A stretch of DNA of 64,000 nt from positions 992,001 to 1,056,000 of the forward strand of contig JBLDXI010000074.1 in assembly GCA_047495785.1 (NCBI GenBank), read 5' to 3'. A program made the position numbers and the translations under genes. Shown piece after piece: positions 48,186 to 59,962 of the stretch. The number at the start of each line of letters is the position of its first letter. Within the stretch, counting starts at the first letter, position 1. The DNA is from Lepidodermella squamata. Lineage: Eukaryota; Animalia; Gastrotricha. The notes below the pieces were generated by a model that searched no databases, was not told the origin of the DNA, and was given only the letters and a program-made list of their open reading frames with translations.

Positions 48186-50462
48186 TCAGATAGGTGCAGT
48201 TTGGACGAGCTGTTTTCTAATCGGAAACAGCAAAGCCATGGAAACAAGGAGGGACAGTATGATAGCTATGAAACTTATTGAAGACTGCTGATTGATGGGA
48301 TCACTGCTCAGGAGTAACACGATTAGCAGCCCAGCTGGCAGCAGAGTCGCAGTGATGATTGCTGAAAAACAATTAGCCAGATATTCGGCCCGATGTTCTG
48401 CAAAACTGCGCATTTGCTTCAATTTATAGGCCAAGAGAATACTCAACAAGAGTAGAATCATTTGAATAGCGCCGAAAGCAGCTAACAGAGCAAAGGAAAC
48501 AAAACTCAAAGAGCATTTCAAGATCCGAGTTTCTACGATTGTGTCAGAGATTTCGTTGTAAGTTGGTTGCGTAGCTAGAAAATTCCCACATTCGGGCTGA
48601 GATGTCACTCCCCAAGCAATTAGAAGAATCAGTGAAGGAATTGTGATTCCTAAATTCGTTGCCATAACTCTCTGGTCAAAATTAGGTGGTATTTGACGTC
48701 GAATGATGGATGGTACAGCAATATTTGGACTTGAGAAGCGAGTAGACGATGACTTCCTCATTTTGTCTTTTCTTCCTCTTTTGACATGTTGTAGCTGTTT
48801 CTCAAACAAGCTCGAATTCCAAATGAAAAAACGAGCCGTTGTGCCGCCGCAAATTATTGCCAAGGAAATTCCAAGCAGGAGCCAACTTATGATTGTACTT
48901 ATACGTGACGAAGCGAGAGCGAAGACCATTGCTGAGATGTTCAGCGTTAGACACCCTGCCAACATGAGGAGTTTCGACTTGAAATTATTGAACTTACTAG
49001 GCCCATTAATAAGAATGCGTGCTACGCAGTAGATGAGCGCAAATACCATTGGGGAAGCTAAAATCCATAGTGGTATAGAAACCCACAGGGGAATAATGAA
49101 GAGCCGCCTCAGAACAAGCGGCTGATCGCTTGGAGGCAACCCCATGATCCATTCCATTTCGGCACCTTGTTGGATGCCATATTCCTCTGCATCCCACTCG
49201 GAACTGTAATTGTTCTTCAGCTGTATGAAGTTAGCTACCTGCGTTCCGTTTACAGGCGTCCATTGAGTTGTGACCCGAAAATCGCCCGAGATTCCACCTG
49301 ATTTAGAATAGCGTGATCGGCCAACACGAAGCCCCAAGTAGTCCTTAGTCAACACCGCTTCTTTTGCGATACGAGCCACCATCTCTGGCATATCGTGATA
49401 ATTTCTAAGCGACATGTTTCGATCAGCTCTCAGACGCCGGTCCGTCTCTTCCAGAGCTATAGCGATGCTTGATAAGGTGTCATGAAGTAGGTAGAACGTG
49501 AAGTACTCTCCTGGCTGTATGGAAGTTGACGTTGACAAAAACGAATCGAATTGTTCGACAGTATCGCCAAGATCGCTGATCATGCCGTAGTACCTGGGTG
49601 ATGCTGAATTTCCGAAATAAAACGTCTGCCTTGCTTGCTGCATCAAAATTGCTACTGAGCATCCGGCTGGCGGTTCGAGCGAAAAAGAAAGCGAGAAGGT
49701 CAAAAAGACGTAGCGAGGCCCAAACATTCCTGCATTGTATGCCTCGCAAAGAAACCGCGTAAAAAGCAGCGGGATAGTCGTTGATACCAGAACTATGCGG
49801 ACTTTGTTCAACTTGAGATTTGTTACAAACTCTGACGTACTATCGCCCATGATGTCAAAGAATAGAACGCTCATTCCAGATGCAATGGCTCGATCGTTAA
49901 GAAATAAGGATATTGTAAATTCGACGTTGACAGAGGTTGCGGCAATGCCAATTTGCTTCCAGCGCCCGACTTTTTCTACAAAAGCTAGCATTGCCATAGC
50001 TGTGGTTTTCGCACTCGTAAGACTCAGAAACAAATTCGGGTATCGAGGGTTGTTGTAGAGGCTTGGAGCAACGCAAAGTGGAGAGATTGCAACAGCGTCC
50101 AATCGATGTAAAATTGGGCCTATGGCGTTGCAGCCGACAGAATAGATTGGACCAGCCATTATCGGTGACTTTAGGCCTGCGTTCTCACTGTGGAATTCGA
50201 CCAACCGTTGTGCGGCCTGCAGGCCAGCAAGGTCGTCGCGAGTGTCGAATTCGATTGAATAATCGCGTAAAATATCATTGCGTTGGTTTATTCTGTCGGC
50301 TACATATTGACATGTCTTCATCCATGCGCCTAGCAAACGTGGGTCATTCCCTTTTATTTGCGTGAATACCAACACCTTCAATTTTGTAGAGTTTTCACCG
50401 TGGGATAATCCCACCAGGAGCAATGATGAGAACACGAAGATGAGTTGCTGGCAGAATGCCAT
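48186..50462 (-). CDS. Intronless class C GPCR (Venus flytrap + 7TM, GABA-B-receptor-like, divergent)
   Basis: Signal MAFCQQLIFVFSSLLLVGLSHG; DRINQRNDILRDY, GPIYS, RYPNLF, CEAYNAGMFGPRYVF; seven hydrophobic segments; no Cys-rich domain. Confidence 0.85.
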   Translation of the reverse strand: MAFCQQLIFVFSSLLLVGLSHGENSTKLKVLVFTQIKGNDPRLLGAWMKTCQYVADRINQRNDILRDYSIEFDTRDDLAGLQAAQRLVEFHSENAGLKSPIMAGPIYSVGCNAIGPILHRLDAVAISPLCVAPSLYNNPRYPNLFLSLTSAKTTAMAMLAFVEKVGRWKQIGIAATSVNVEFTISLFLNDRAIASGMSVLFFDIMGDSTSEFVTNLKLNKVRIVLVSTTIPLLFTRFLCEAYNAGMFGPRYVFLTFSLSFSLEPPAGCSVAILMQQARQTFYFGNSASPRYYGMISDLGDTVEQFDSFLSTSTSIQPGEYFTFYLLHDTLSSIAIALEETDRRLRADRNMSLRNYHDMPEMVARIAKEAVLTKDYLGLRVGRSRYSKSGGISGDFRVTTQWTPVNGTQVANFIQLKNNYSSEWDAEEYGIQQGAEMEWIMGLPPSDQPLVLRRLFIIPLWVSIPLWILASPMVFALIYCVARILINGPSKFNNFKSKLLMLAGCLTLNISAMVFALASSRISTIISWLLLGISLAIICGGTTARFFIWNSSLFEKQLQHVKRGRKDKMRKSSSTRFSSPNIAVPSIIRRQIPPNFDQRVMATNLGITIPSLILLIAWGVTSQPECGNFLATQPTYNEISDTIVETRILKCSLSFVSFALLAAFGAIQMILLLLSILLAYKLKQMRSFAEHRAEYLANCFSAIITATLLPAGLLIVLLLSSDPINQQSSISFIAIILSLLVSMALLFPIRKQLVQTAPI

Positions 50463-51721
50463 TTTTCTAATTTGGGTGCTCGACAACATGCGAAATAACA
50501 TACTTTGATTTTGAAATTAACAGGATGTGACTTTGACTCGTTTCACAAGGGATAGAGGTCTGCCACGACCACGCATTCTTCAAGTTTGCTTCATTAGGGA
50601 AAAATATGCGGAAAGCCAAAAGGAATGTCCCGTACCAAGCTAATATATTGCGCATGTTTCACGATTTGCCTGAGCAACAGCACTGTCACGTCAGATATAT
50701 TACGAAATAGGCTCTAAGAACTGCGAGATGACATACTATTTTTTAATTTGCCAAAGAGCAGAACGTGACTTTGACTAGTTTTATAATTTGTCATTGTAAT
50801 TATTAACTATTTTCGGCATGGGTGTCGTCTTACCTTTACTATCTCTCTCTCTCTCTCTTTCTCCCTCTTTTAAGTGCAAAGAGCTAGAAGTAAGTATCAC
50901 TGTTGCTGCGAAATTTGCGCATGGTATAACATGCACCGCAAGTTGCCATTGGTCAATAGGGCAAAACCTGCTGGTGTTGTGTTTAGGAGCAGATATTTTT
51001 TAACCACTGTCGTAACAGGAATATTACTTTTTTCAATTCGTCGTTAACACGGTAACATCGCTTACCCTGGCCAAGTTCTATGTTTCAGCCCAAATGACTT
51101 CTTGAGCAAATAAAGACTTCTCAATTTTCAAATTATCGTAATTGAGTGCTTTAATTTCAGACGTCCGAAATTAGAGCCCCCTCCATCCCTCGCTGTCCGA
51201 TATTGTAGCATCCATGTTCGCTTGAGACGAAAAGTCCAACGGAGATTACTCAAAAAGTGAATCCTTCAATTTTTAGGCGCAATGTTTGACGGTGAATCAA
51301 GATCACTATTTTAATTGTCAATCATAAAAACGAATAAGCCAGCCGCCAACTCCTAAATTTTTCGGTTTTATGTTACCTTTTATTAGGGGTCCACTATACC
51401 TAGACCATCATTTTCAAAACAAATTGATTTTTTTTATTTCATCATTTAACCGCCATCAATAACAGAAAGCAACTGACTCCATGGCGCACTATGCTCGAAC
51501 CACCTTGCCGCGTGCCGCCAAGCCAGTCACAATCCCGTGGATTGTTTGAAGAAGATCGCGCGCCAAAATTCAACACGTGTGACTGCTTGAAATATGGCCA
51601 TGTGTTATCATTCATTTTCTCAGCTATAAAACCTGCGATTTCGATACGTTTCATTCACCATTCATTTTTCATACATTAAACACCAACAAACATAATATTT
51701 TATACACTTAATCGTGCCACC

Positions 51722-52249
51722 ATGGACTCAAGACTGCTGTGCCTTCTCGTGCTCTGCCTTGGTGCCGTAACCTGCTGGGCAATCAAGCGTGCCGTTGACG
51801 CCGAAGAAGAGGCCGGCGAACGCGCCGTCGATTCCGACGCTGCGCTGTTCGACCAGCTGTGGGACTTCGTCGCCGCGCCATCGATGGAGGGTGAAGCTAA
51901 GGAGAACGACGGCGATTTCAATGAAATGGTCGGTGGCAAGGTCTGCGGTGACAAAAGCAAGCTGACGTCTCTGTTGACTGGCGAAGATGCTGAAGGTGAT
52001 GGTGAAGGCGATGCTGACGGCGATGCTGATGCTGATGCCGATGGCGAGCGTGCTCGCAGGAGGACCACCACCCCGAGGCCATCGAAAGGCAAGACCTGCA
52101 AGCGTCACGGCGACTGCGCCTCGAGGAAGCAAGCTTGCTGCAAGGTGAAGCGTAGCAACAGGTACCAGTGCCGTACGCCAGCCTACGACGTCGAACAGAC
52201 TGAAGACGGCGCTGTTGTTCGCAAGTTCTGCCTTGGCGTCTGCTGGTAG
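51722..52249 (+). CDS. Cys-rich secreted family member 7
   Basis: Close paralog of the 46509 gene with the same Cys framework. Confidence 0.9.
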   Translation: MDSRLLCLLVLCLGAVTCWAIKRAVDAEEEAGERAVDSDAALFDQLWDFVAAPSMEGEAKENDGDFNEMVGGKVCGDKSKLTSLLTGEDAEGDGEGDADGDADADADGERARRRTTTPRPSKGKTCKRHGDCASRKQACCKVKRSNRYQCRTPAYDVEQTEDGAVVRKFCLGVCW

Positions 52250-53917
52250 TTTTACTTATGATGTGTTGTTACTTTTGCACAAGTTTCGATATCAATAAAC
52301 AGTTCATCGATTTGTAAACCTTGTTTTTTGTTCACGAACCAAACAGTTCCCGTAAATGCGTCGTAGTCACGAGACTTAGCAACCTATAAATATGCATGTA
52401 TTACAAATTTTTGGAAATTCTCATAACCATTTTTTATAACAACTACTACCTAGCAGTCATTTTCAAACGAAATCTCGCCAGAGACAGCAATATTAGCCAT
52501 CCGAAGTTAAATCAATGAGACTTGGGAAGAATTAGCGGTTTCCGCTTGAAAATTTCGAAAGTTTTTGCTTGTGTCTCGAATTTTTTCCTCGCTACTAAAG
52601 AATCTCAGATGAAGTTTAATTCCTTACAAGGGTTCAACTTCCAATGTCCCGCGATGTCGAATATGAGATTATATTCTGATTCCTCGCGGTCTTAGCTCTT
52701 AGCTACATGATGTAATCTTTCGGAAATTTCCCAGAAAAATGAGTGTTATCAATCAAAATTGTGGGTTTAATTCTATAATTTGGGCATAAAAGAACCATCT
52801 CAGGATCTGCAATTGCTTACAAATGCCTCTTATACTTGCCTTCATGCCATTTATTTTCGCAAAAAATTTCACACCGGTGTGTCTCCAGGCAGAAAAAGTG
52901 GAAAACCCGACGACGACAAACAAATTAACCGAAGACTTCTAAACCAGGCTTATTTTTCCATTTTTCTACAAAGTCGGACCGAGGGTAACTACTTTATATA
53001 TCCATTCCGGCAGTCTATGTGCCATATTTAGCAAAACTATGCTATAATCTTGTTTTTTACGCGTGAAAAAAAAGAAAAACAATCCAAAATCAAGAAAATT
53101 CGAAAGTCCCCGAGCGATGGGATTTAAAATTGAAGCTTGTTTGCTAATGTTCATGGGCTAAAAAAGAAAGCGTAAAAAATGAGGGGTAAAAACGTACATT
53201 TTCAGGATTTTCTCAAATTTGATTTTTCAGGAAAATCGATGAAAAACTGAAAGGTGGCGTGCGTATTTTTATGACTTATGAAATTTTTCTTCACAAAATA
53301 ACAGCATTTCATTTTGTTCTAGTTTTTATCCAAATAAACCCACCAATTGGATGTGAAAAAATCCGTTCTATATACGTGGAAAATGTTTAGCTTACCGATA
53401 TTGGCGAAAATTGATTTTTCCTTCATTTACGGTTATCCCTCGTTCTTTTTTCAAATCTCGCGCTAAGCTAAGAATCTTGAGCCTATATATAGAAAGTTCA
53501 CAGTTCAAATCAAATAAATATGGAAAAATTTTAAAATCTTGATTCTCTTCAAATTCGTTATATTTTTCGTGCCTGAAAACCGGAAAATGGCCGAGCCAGA
53601 TCAGTTTGATGATATAGCATGGCTTCTTCCATGAACATTTTATGAGCTAGCGAATGAACTAAACTATGAAAACACGGCTCACACCTGTGGCTATTTCCGG
53701 GATGACCCAATAAAAAGCAGGCTGCTTCAAGCCGATGCGCAACAATGAAAGCGCGACCTGGTCGTGTGTCAAGACGCAGCACGTGTCACCCTACAGGCAA
53801 GCTCGTGGCGCCTAGATTTCCGCTTTAAAAACTTGCGATTTTGCGAGGTCTCATTCAGCATTCACTTTTAAGACATCTAACCACTACAAACATAATTTTA
53901 TACTAAATCTCAACAAC

Positions 53918-54451
53918 ATGGACTCAAGACTGCTGTGCCTTCTCGTGCTCTGCCTCGGTGCCGTAACCTGCTGGGCGGTCAAGCGTGCCGTTGACGCCGA
54001 AGAAGAGGCCGGTGAACGCGCTGTCGAAGCCGATGCCGACGCTGTGCTTTACGATAAGCTGTGGGACTTCGTCGCTGCTCCGGCGATCGAGAACCAGGCG
54101 AAGGACGAGGGCGACGGCGACTTCCAAGACATGGTCGGCGGCAAGATTTGCGGCGACAACAGCAAGCTGACTTCTCTGTTGACTGGCGAGGACGCTGAGG
54201 GCGATGGTGAAGGCGACGCTGAAGCTGATGTTGAAGCCGATGGCGAGCGGAAGGTGAAGAGGACCACCACCCCGAGGCCGTCGAAGAGCAAGACTTGCAA
54301 GCGTCACGGCGACTGCGCCTCGAGGAAGCAAGCCTGCTGCAAGGTGAAGCGTAGTAACCGGTACAAGTGTCGCCGGCCGGCTTTCAAGGTCGAGCAGACT
54401 GACGATGGCGCTGTCATCCGCGGATTCTGCTTCCCGCTTTGCTGGGATTGA
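53918..54451 (+). CDS. Cys-rich secreted family member 8
   Basis: Close paralog; MVGGKIC; C-terminal FCFPLCW. Confidence 0.9.
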   Translation: MDSRLLCLLVLCLGAVTCWAVKRAVDAEEEAGERAVEADADAVLYDKLWDFVAAPAIENQAKDEGDGDFQDMVGGKICGDNSKLTSLLTGEDAEGDGEGDAEADVEADGERKVKRTTTPRPSKSKTCKRHGDCASRKQACCKVKRSNRYKCRRPAFKVEQTDDGAVIRGFCFPLCWD

Positions 54452-54543
54452 AAAACAGCTCGTTTTGCTAAAACACTTTGATTGTTAACAATAATTTGTA
54501 CTGAAATAAAAGCAATGTTTTGTAAATGCGGTTTGTTTTCACT

Positions 54544-55251
54544 CATAGACATAATATCAGAATAGACTGTCTATTCACGCGAAAAGGGGTGTAACGCCAT
54601 GGGCACGAGATGGTCTGCTGATTCATCAGTTCCTTGGAGGCCAAAAAGCGCAAATATTAGATTCTTTTCTTAGTTCTAGGGCCATTTTGTTTTTTGTTTT
54701 TTTAATAAGTTGATGGTTCCAAATTACGGTAAACACAACGTGAACACGACTGATATTTTTTGGTATTTTTCACAGCTAAGTAACGTACTATTTCTTGAAA
54801 AAAGATTTCGGGGATTTAAATAAACGCAATTAATTCCATTAATTAGGTTGAAATTGAACCAGTTTTTACATGGTCCAAATAGGTTAAATTCAGATCTACA
54901 TTCTGATACTTGGAGCGATCTTGGACGATTTTATCTGATTTTCTAGGATTTTTTAAGAAATCATGGTTTATTTCCAAATGCAAAAACTAATATTTTCCTA
55001 ATTTTTGATAAGTTCCTCCATTATTAAAATTAAGGAAAAAATCTCACAGTGTTCCTCTTGAAGAGATCTATCTGATGACATTTGGTTCTGTGCATTCTGA
55101 CCATTTATCGCCAAGAAATCGATGGTTGAAATTTTGAATTTTTCGATTTTTGGTCTCCCAAGAAATTGATGAATCAGCAGACCATCTGGTGCCCATGGCG
55201 TTACACCCCTTTTGTCGTGAGTAGACAGTCTATACTGATATTATGTCAATG
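54544..55251. mobile_element. hAT-type MITE, TIRs of about 85 bp, 8-bp TSD
   Basis: CATAGACATAATATCAG... inverted at the right end; TTTTCACT duplicated at 54536-54543 and 55252-55259. Confidence 0.88.
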
Positions 55252-55470
55252 TTTTCACTTGAATTAAATATATCTGCTCAGGTTTCATGATGATCGATCT
55301 AATTATTAAAAAGTAGTAGGCTTTCATATAGCTGTCTCGACTGGCAGAAATTTTGATTCCCAGGCAGAAAGTTACTTGGCAATAGGATTAAAAAATCCGG
55401 AGAAATTTTCCCATCGGGGAATAATACCGAAAATTTCCAAGCCGAGTTTTCCCCGATACATTTTTAATTA

Positions 55471-55649
55471 CAGTGAAACCTGTTATCTCGAAGGGCTACG
55501 GTTCCGAAAAAGCAGTCGACATACAGAGAGTTTCGAGATAGAGAGAGAAATTTGGCTTATGTGAACTATAGGTTTCGATGGTTCTACGAAAAGTGTTCGA
55601 CATGACAGATTTTCGACCTTCACAGAGTTCGAGATAACAGGTTTTACTG
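55471..55649. mobile_element. Tc1/mariner-pogo-type MITE with TA TSD
   Basis: TA|CAGTGAAACCTGTTATCTCGAA ... TTCGAGATAACAGGTTTTACTG|TA. Confidence 0.85.
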
Positions 55650-56732
55650 TATATTAAATTCGTGAATGAAGGGTGGAATATTCTTCCAGTGGGCTTGATT
55701 TCAAAAAAATAGTGAAATTTGTACAAAAAGGGCTGATTCATCAATTTCTCAGAGAGGCCAGAATATTCGATCATATTCATCCTGGTTCATGGGCCCTATT
55801 GATTTTTTGATAATGGTCCCGAGTCCTGAGTAGCTAAAATTACGGTGAACGCAACTGCTATTTGTTGAATTTTTCACTGCTAGTTACTGTAATCTAGAAA
55901 AAATGAAAGCAATCAATTCCAATATCTGGGTCAAATTGAAACAATTTCTGCATAATCCAAAGGTGAAACTTAGATCTATATTCTGATACTTGTAGCGAAC
56001 TTGAATGATTTTTTTCTAATTTTCCGGAAATTTAAAAGAAATTCGCCCAGAAAAAAATGCGAAAATAATTGAGGATTCAATCATGAACCTTTGGGTAAAG
56101 CATATGTAAATCATGTGCTGAAAAAATACACTTTACCTATATTGTATAAAAATACCGAATTTTCGAACGTGTAGAAAATTATTGCATTTTTTTTAGGTGT
56201 ACGTGCTAAATTTTGAACGACAATACCCAAAATCATATAGATGACCAGAAATAAGTGAAAAGTAAGTGAGGTTTGGCGTAATTTCTGTATTTTCCAGCAA
56301 ATGGAAAAACGTGTGATGACTTCAAGACCGACGATTCTTGGATTCCCAGATTTCTTTACTCAGTTTTTCATTAGGATTTTGAATTTTAAAATTACAGACC
56401 TCTAACATGCTCCCATCCGCCTCGCAGCACGGAAAACCCCAGAGATGCCCCAGATACACTAGCTTGATCCCAGCAAAATGTTTGTTGCGAGATTCTTCAC
56501 CTCAGATCACACTTCCTGTAATGTCGACAACGCATAAAAAAAGTAAAGCAAATAAAAAACACCAGCATTTTTTTCGTTTAATGAAAACTGAATATTTGTA
56601 AGCGCGCATTTTTCGAAATTGGAAACTGTCAATCCTAAACTATGAAGCCCATTTTCTGTGCAACCCTGATAAATATCAACCTATTTTTCATATCAATCGA
56701 CTTCTCTTTTAATGATCTTGAAAGCGGGGCCG

Positions 56733-57993
56733 TAGATGTTTCTATCGGAACAATGTCTCTATTATACGCGGAACAAAATATCTTCTACCGTCGGAATCTA
56801 TCGGAATAATAAAAATATCTCTTTTCATGCGAAATTACTTATTTTCCACTCTCAATATCTTTTTCCTCGAATAATGTCTTTTCGATGACGGAACAATGAA
56901 CCACGCCTCTTGCGAACAGGGGCACAGCTTTCACTGCCTAATCTTCAGCTTCGATAACTGGAAACTAAGCTTCGGGTCACACGACCAATAGGAACAATAG
57001 GACCTCTGCCGCGATTTCGACACCGCCCGCGCTTCGCATGCTTGTATTACTTGTAACCCACAACTGCCTCCTCGAATAGAGCTGCCTTTTTCGCCGAACT
57101 CAGGTTACTCAACAGGTCCAGTTGTCCCTGCCTGTTCGATGTCTCATACTCCAAAGCTCCAGCCAGTCGTCGGCGACGACCGGGTTAGGGGCATCGTTAT
57201 AACCGCTGGAGTAACAGAATGATGCCGCTGATCGAGCTCGTGGGACAAAGCCAACGCATGGCAACAGGGCTTTTTCTTCGCTCCGTAGGAAAATGTCTTT
57301 ATAATGGCGGAATGGGTCACCTCAACCTTCCACGTCGCCAGCTGCACAACCTCAAGCAAAGTCGCGAACTTTCCATCAAAGCTGCTGAATATCCTCTGAA
57401 AATGTCTTTTAAGCGACGGAAAATGACAAAATTGAAACCAAGATCCCACATTCACCCTTACCCCTTATACCCACATTTGACGCGTAAAAGGCGATAAATT
57501 AATAAACACGAACCACCATCATCAGATAATTTGATGTTTGAAAGTGCTCTATCGATGACTAGCAAACAGGTTGACAGCTCAAGAAAATGTTGTCAGAAAA
57601 CTTGTGAGCACATGAAGATTTAAAGCTCGGGTCGTAAGCGACTAATCAGCCATGTGGTATCCAAAATAAGGGCGATTTTAATATCAAAAGGTTCCCCGTG
57701 TTCTAATATAATAGGTAGTTCCCCAAGTTTCATCAAATTAAATTAAATTGAATACTGTGGAATTTCAAAAATCTGAAAATTTGATTACTACGGCTAAATT
57801 AAACAGGCTTGACTAGGCTGGCTGTAGCCATTGCTGTAGCGTGATCGCCATCTTTTTATTGCTTCATTGTTCCGACGGAAAAAAGATACTTTCCGATAAA
57901 TTCGACAATTTTCCGCATTAAACTGTCTTTCGGATAATTGTAGATATTTTGTTCCGTGAAAGAGAGACATTATTCCGATAGAAAGATATTACC
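56733..57993. mobile_element. Non-autonomous TIR element
   Basis: tttctatcggaacaatgtctct...cggaacaaaatatct is inverted at about 57940-57990; TSD not resolved. Confidence 0.6.
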
Positions 57994-57996
57994 TCG

Positions 57997-59103
57997 AAAG
58001 CCGCTAGGCCTAGGCTAGGCTCGTAGGCCTAGGCTAGGCCTATTCGCACCTGCCCATTTGAGGTCTAGGCCCAGGCTAGGCCTGGTAAAAATGGCTCGAG
58101 ATTGTTAGGCCTGTGATAGGCCTACTTATTTTTCTGTAGGCCTAGGTTAGGCCTACTTATTTTTCTGTAGGCCTAGGTTAGGCCTACTTATTTTTCTGTA
58201 GGCCTAGGTTAGGCCTAGGTTAGGCCTAGGCATTGCATGAAGTCGATTGGTGTATTTATGACTTGTGTATATGAAATTATGAGATCTGAGCGTAGGATAT
58301 GTTTGAATTTCAATCATTTGTGAATCAATTTCAGCGTAGAGCTTCATCCATCTTACCATATATACCATATAAAATTAACAACATTACAGATTATGTCCCT
58401 TTCTGGGTATTCTACTGGTCAGGCTTCATTTATCCACATCGTAATGACCATGTGTCCTACGTGGAAACTGATTTAACCATTCGATTCCTCATGAAAAACT
58501 GGAAGAGGAAGAATAATTAAAATAAAAAAATAAAAAAAATAAAAATAAAATAAGTTATACACAAAAATGACCAATAATGGGAATTAGACACCCTCTGTGG
58601 GTACCATGGGTGACCCTGGGTGACCCTGGACCTCCGACCAACTGCGCTATGAGCAAACTGACCTTCTCGGTGAATCTCTATCCCCTTTGTGCACGTGCCA
58701 AGAAATTCCGAAAAAAACCGACTTGAAACTTATAAACCCCTATTAACCCCTACTGTATAAGCGTGACCAGCTGGTCTAGTGGTAGCGCGTCCACCTCTTT
58801 GGCAAGGCGACCCGGGTTCGACTCCAACCGACGACACAAGTCAACATCGAGCGATTTGTCTTTCGATTCTTTCAAACAATGTTACGAGTCGATCTGCCAT
58901 GGTTACCGGCACCTGAGAGCTCAGGGAGAAGGGGTAGCCCGTCATAATTATTGTTGCGGGTATACCTCTTAGGTCTAGGCCTAGGTTGGGCCTAGCCTAG
59001 CCTAGTCTAGGCCTAGAAAAAGGGACAAACGTAGGCCTGCCATAGGCCTAAAGCGGGAAAATGCCCTCTAGGCCTACCACAGGCCTAGCGGCTTTTGACT
59101 GGG
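57997..59103. mobile_element. TIR element with ctaggcctag subterminal repeats enclosing a tRNA-like sequence
   Basis: aaagccgctaggcct / aggcctagcggcttt termini; tandem repeats of about 31 bp at 58118-58230; A box TGGTCTAGTGG and B box GGTTCGACTCC at about 58772-58825. Confidence 0.65.
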
Positions 59104-59962
59104 TACCTCGAAAGCGGCATCAAAATCTCATGATTTTCGCCAAACCCCAGTTTTCTCTTATATTCGGCCAGATAATAGTCGCACGCTTACCATAGTGTCA
59201 AAAGTGTAGGATGCAAAGGTCGCTCGTGTGCAAAGCCACATTTTTGTGCTTTTTATTTGAACCATGTGCGCATAGCTGAATGCATGTCAAATCGGCCCAT
59301 TTTCAAATTGATTTTTTGAAAAAAACGTCACTCTTCTTATTTTTTTGGCAATTTTATTCTTTTGCGCTCTTTCCGCAATGAGACCACGCTCGTCTTCCCA
59401 GGACCTTTACCAGGTCGCCTAGATATTTGCTAAGTAGCTCACAAAATCACCAAGATAGAATTTTGTCGATTTCGTCGGGCTGGATAAATTGTTGCAAAAT
59501 GGTCGGAAATTGTCAGAAAATATATTTTCATTACCATGTTGGTCTAAGCTATCGAAATGTAAAACTTGTATCAACGTCCGATTTTCTGGGTATTTTCTAG
59601 GTAGTAATTAATATGACCCGTATACAAACGGTTAAATTCGATTTACCATAAAGACTGCTTCGAAAATAACCTGTTTACGACTGCTTTTTTTATTACTGGG
59701 AATCGTAGTTTAACAATAGTGGCCTGTGTAACCGCGTGGCAGTGGAATTATTTCGAATTCAAGGCACTTCAGAAAAAGAAAGCCCCACGCACCTCTCGCT
59801 CGACTTTCGACTTTTACCGATATGGTGAAAGGAAACTGTGGGAATGCAAGAATAAATGAACAAAATTATAGCGGAGGAAAGTTTGTTTTTCAGCTGGTAC
59901 GCGATCATTCGTACTAATCGTGGTCGGCTGTCGGCGACACGTTCGGAATCTTAGGTCTCTGG

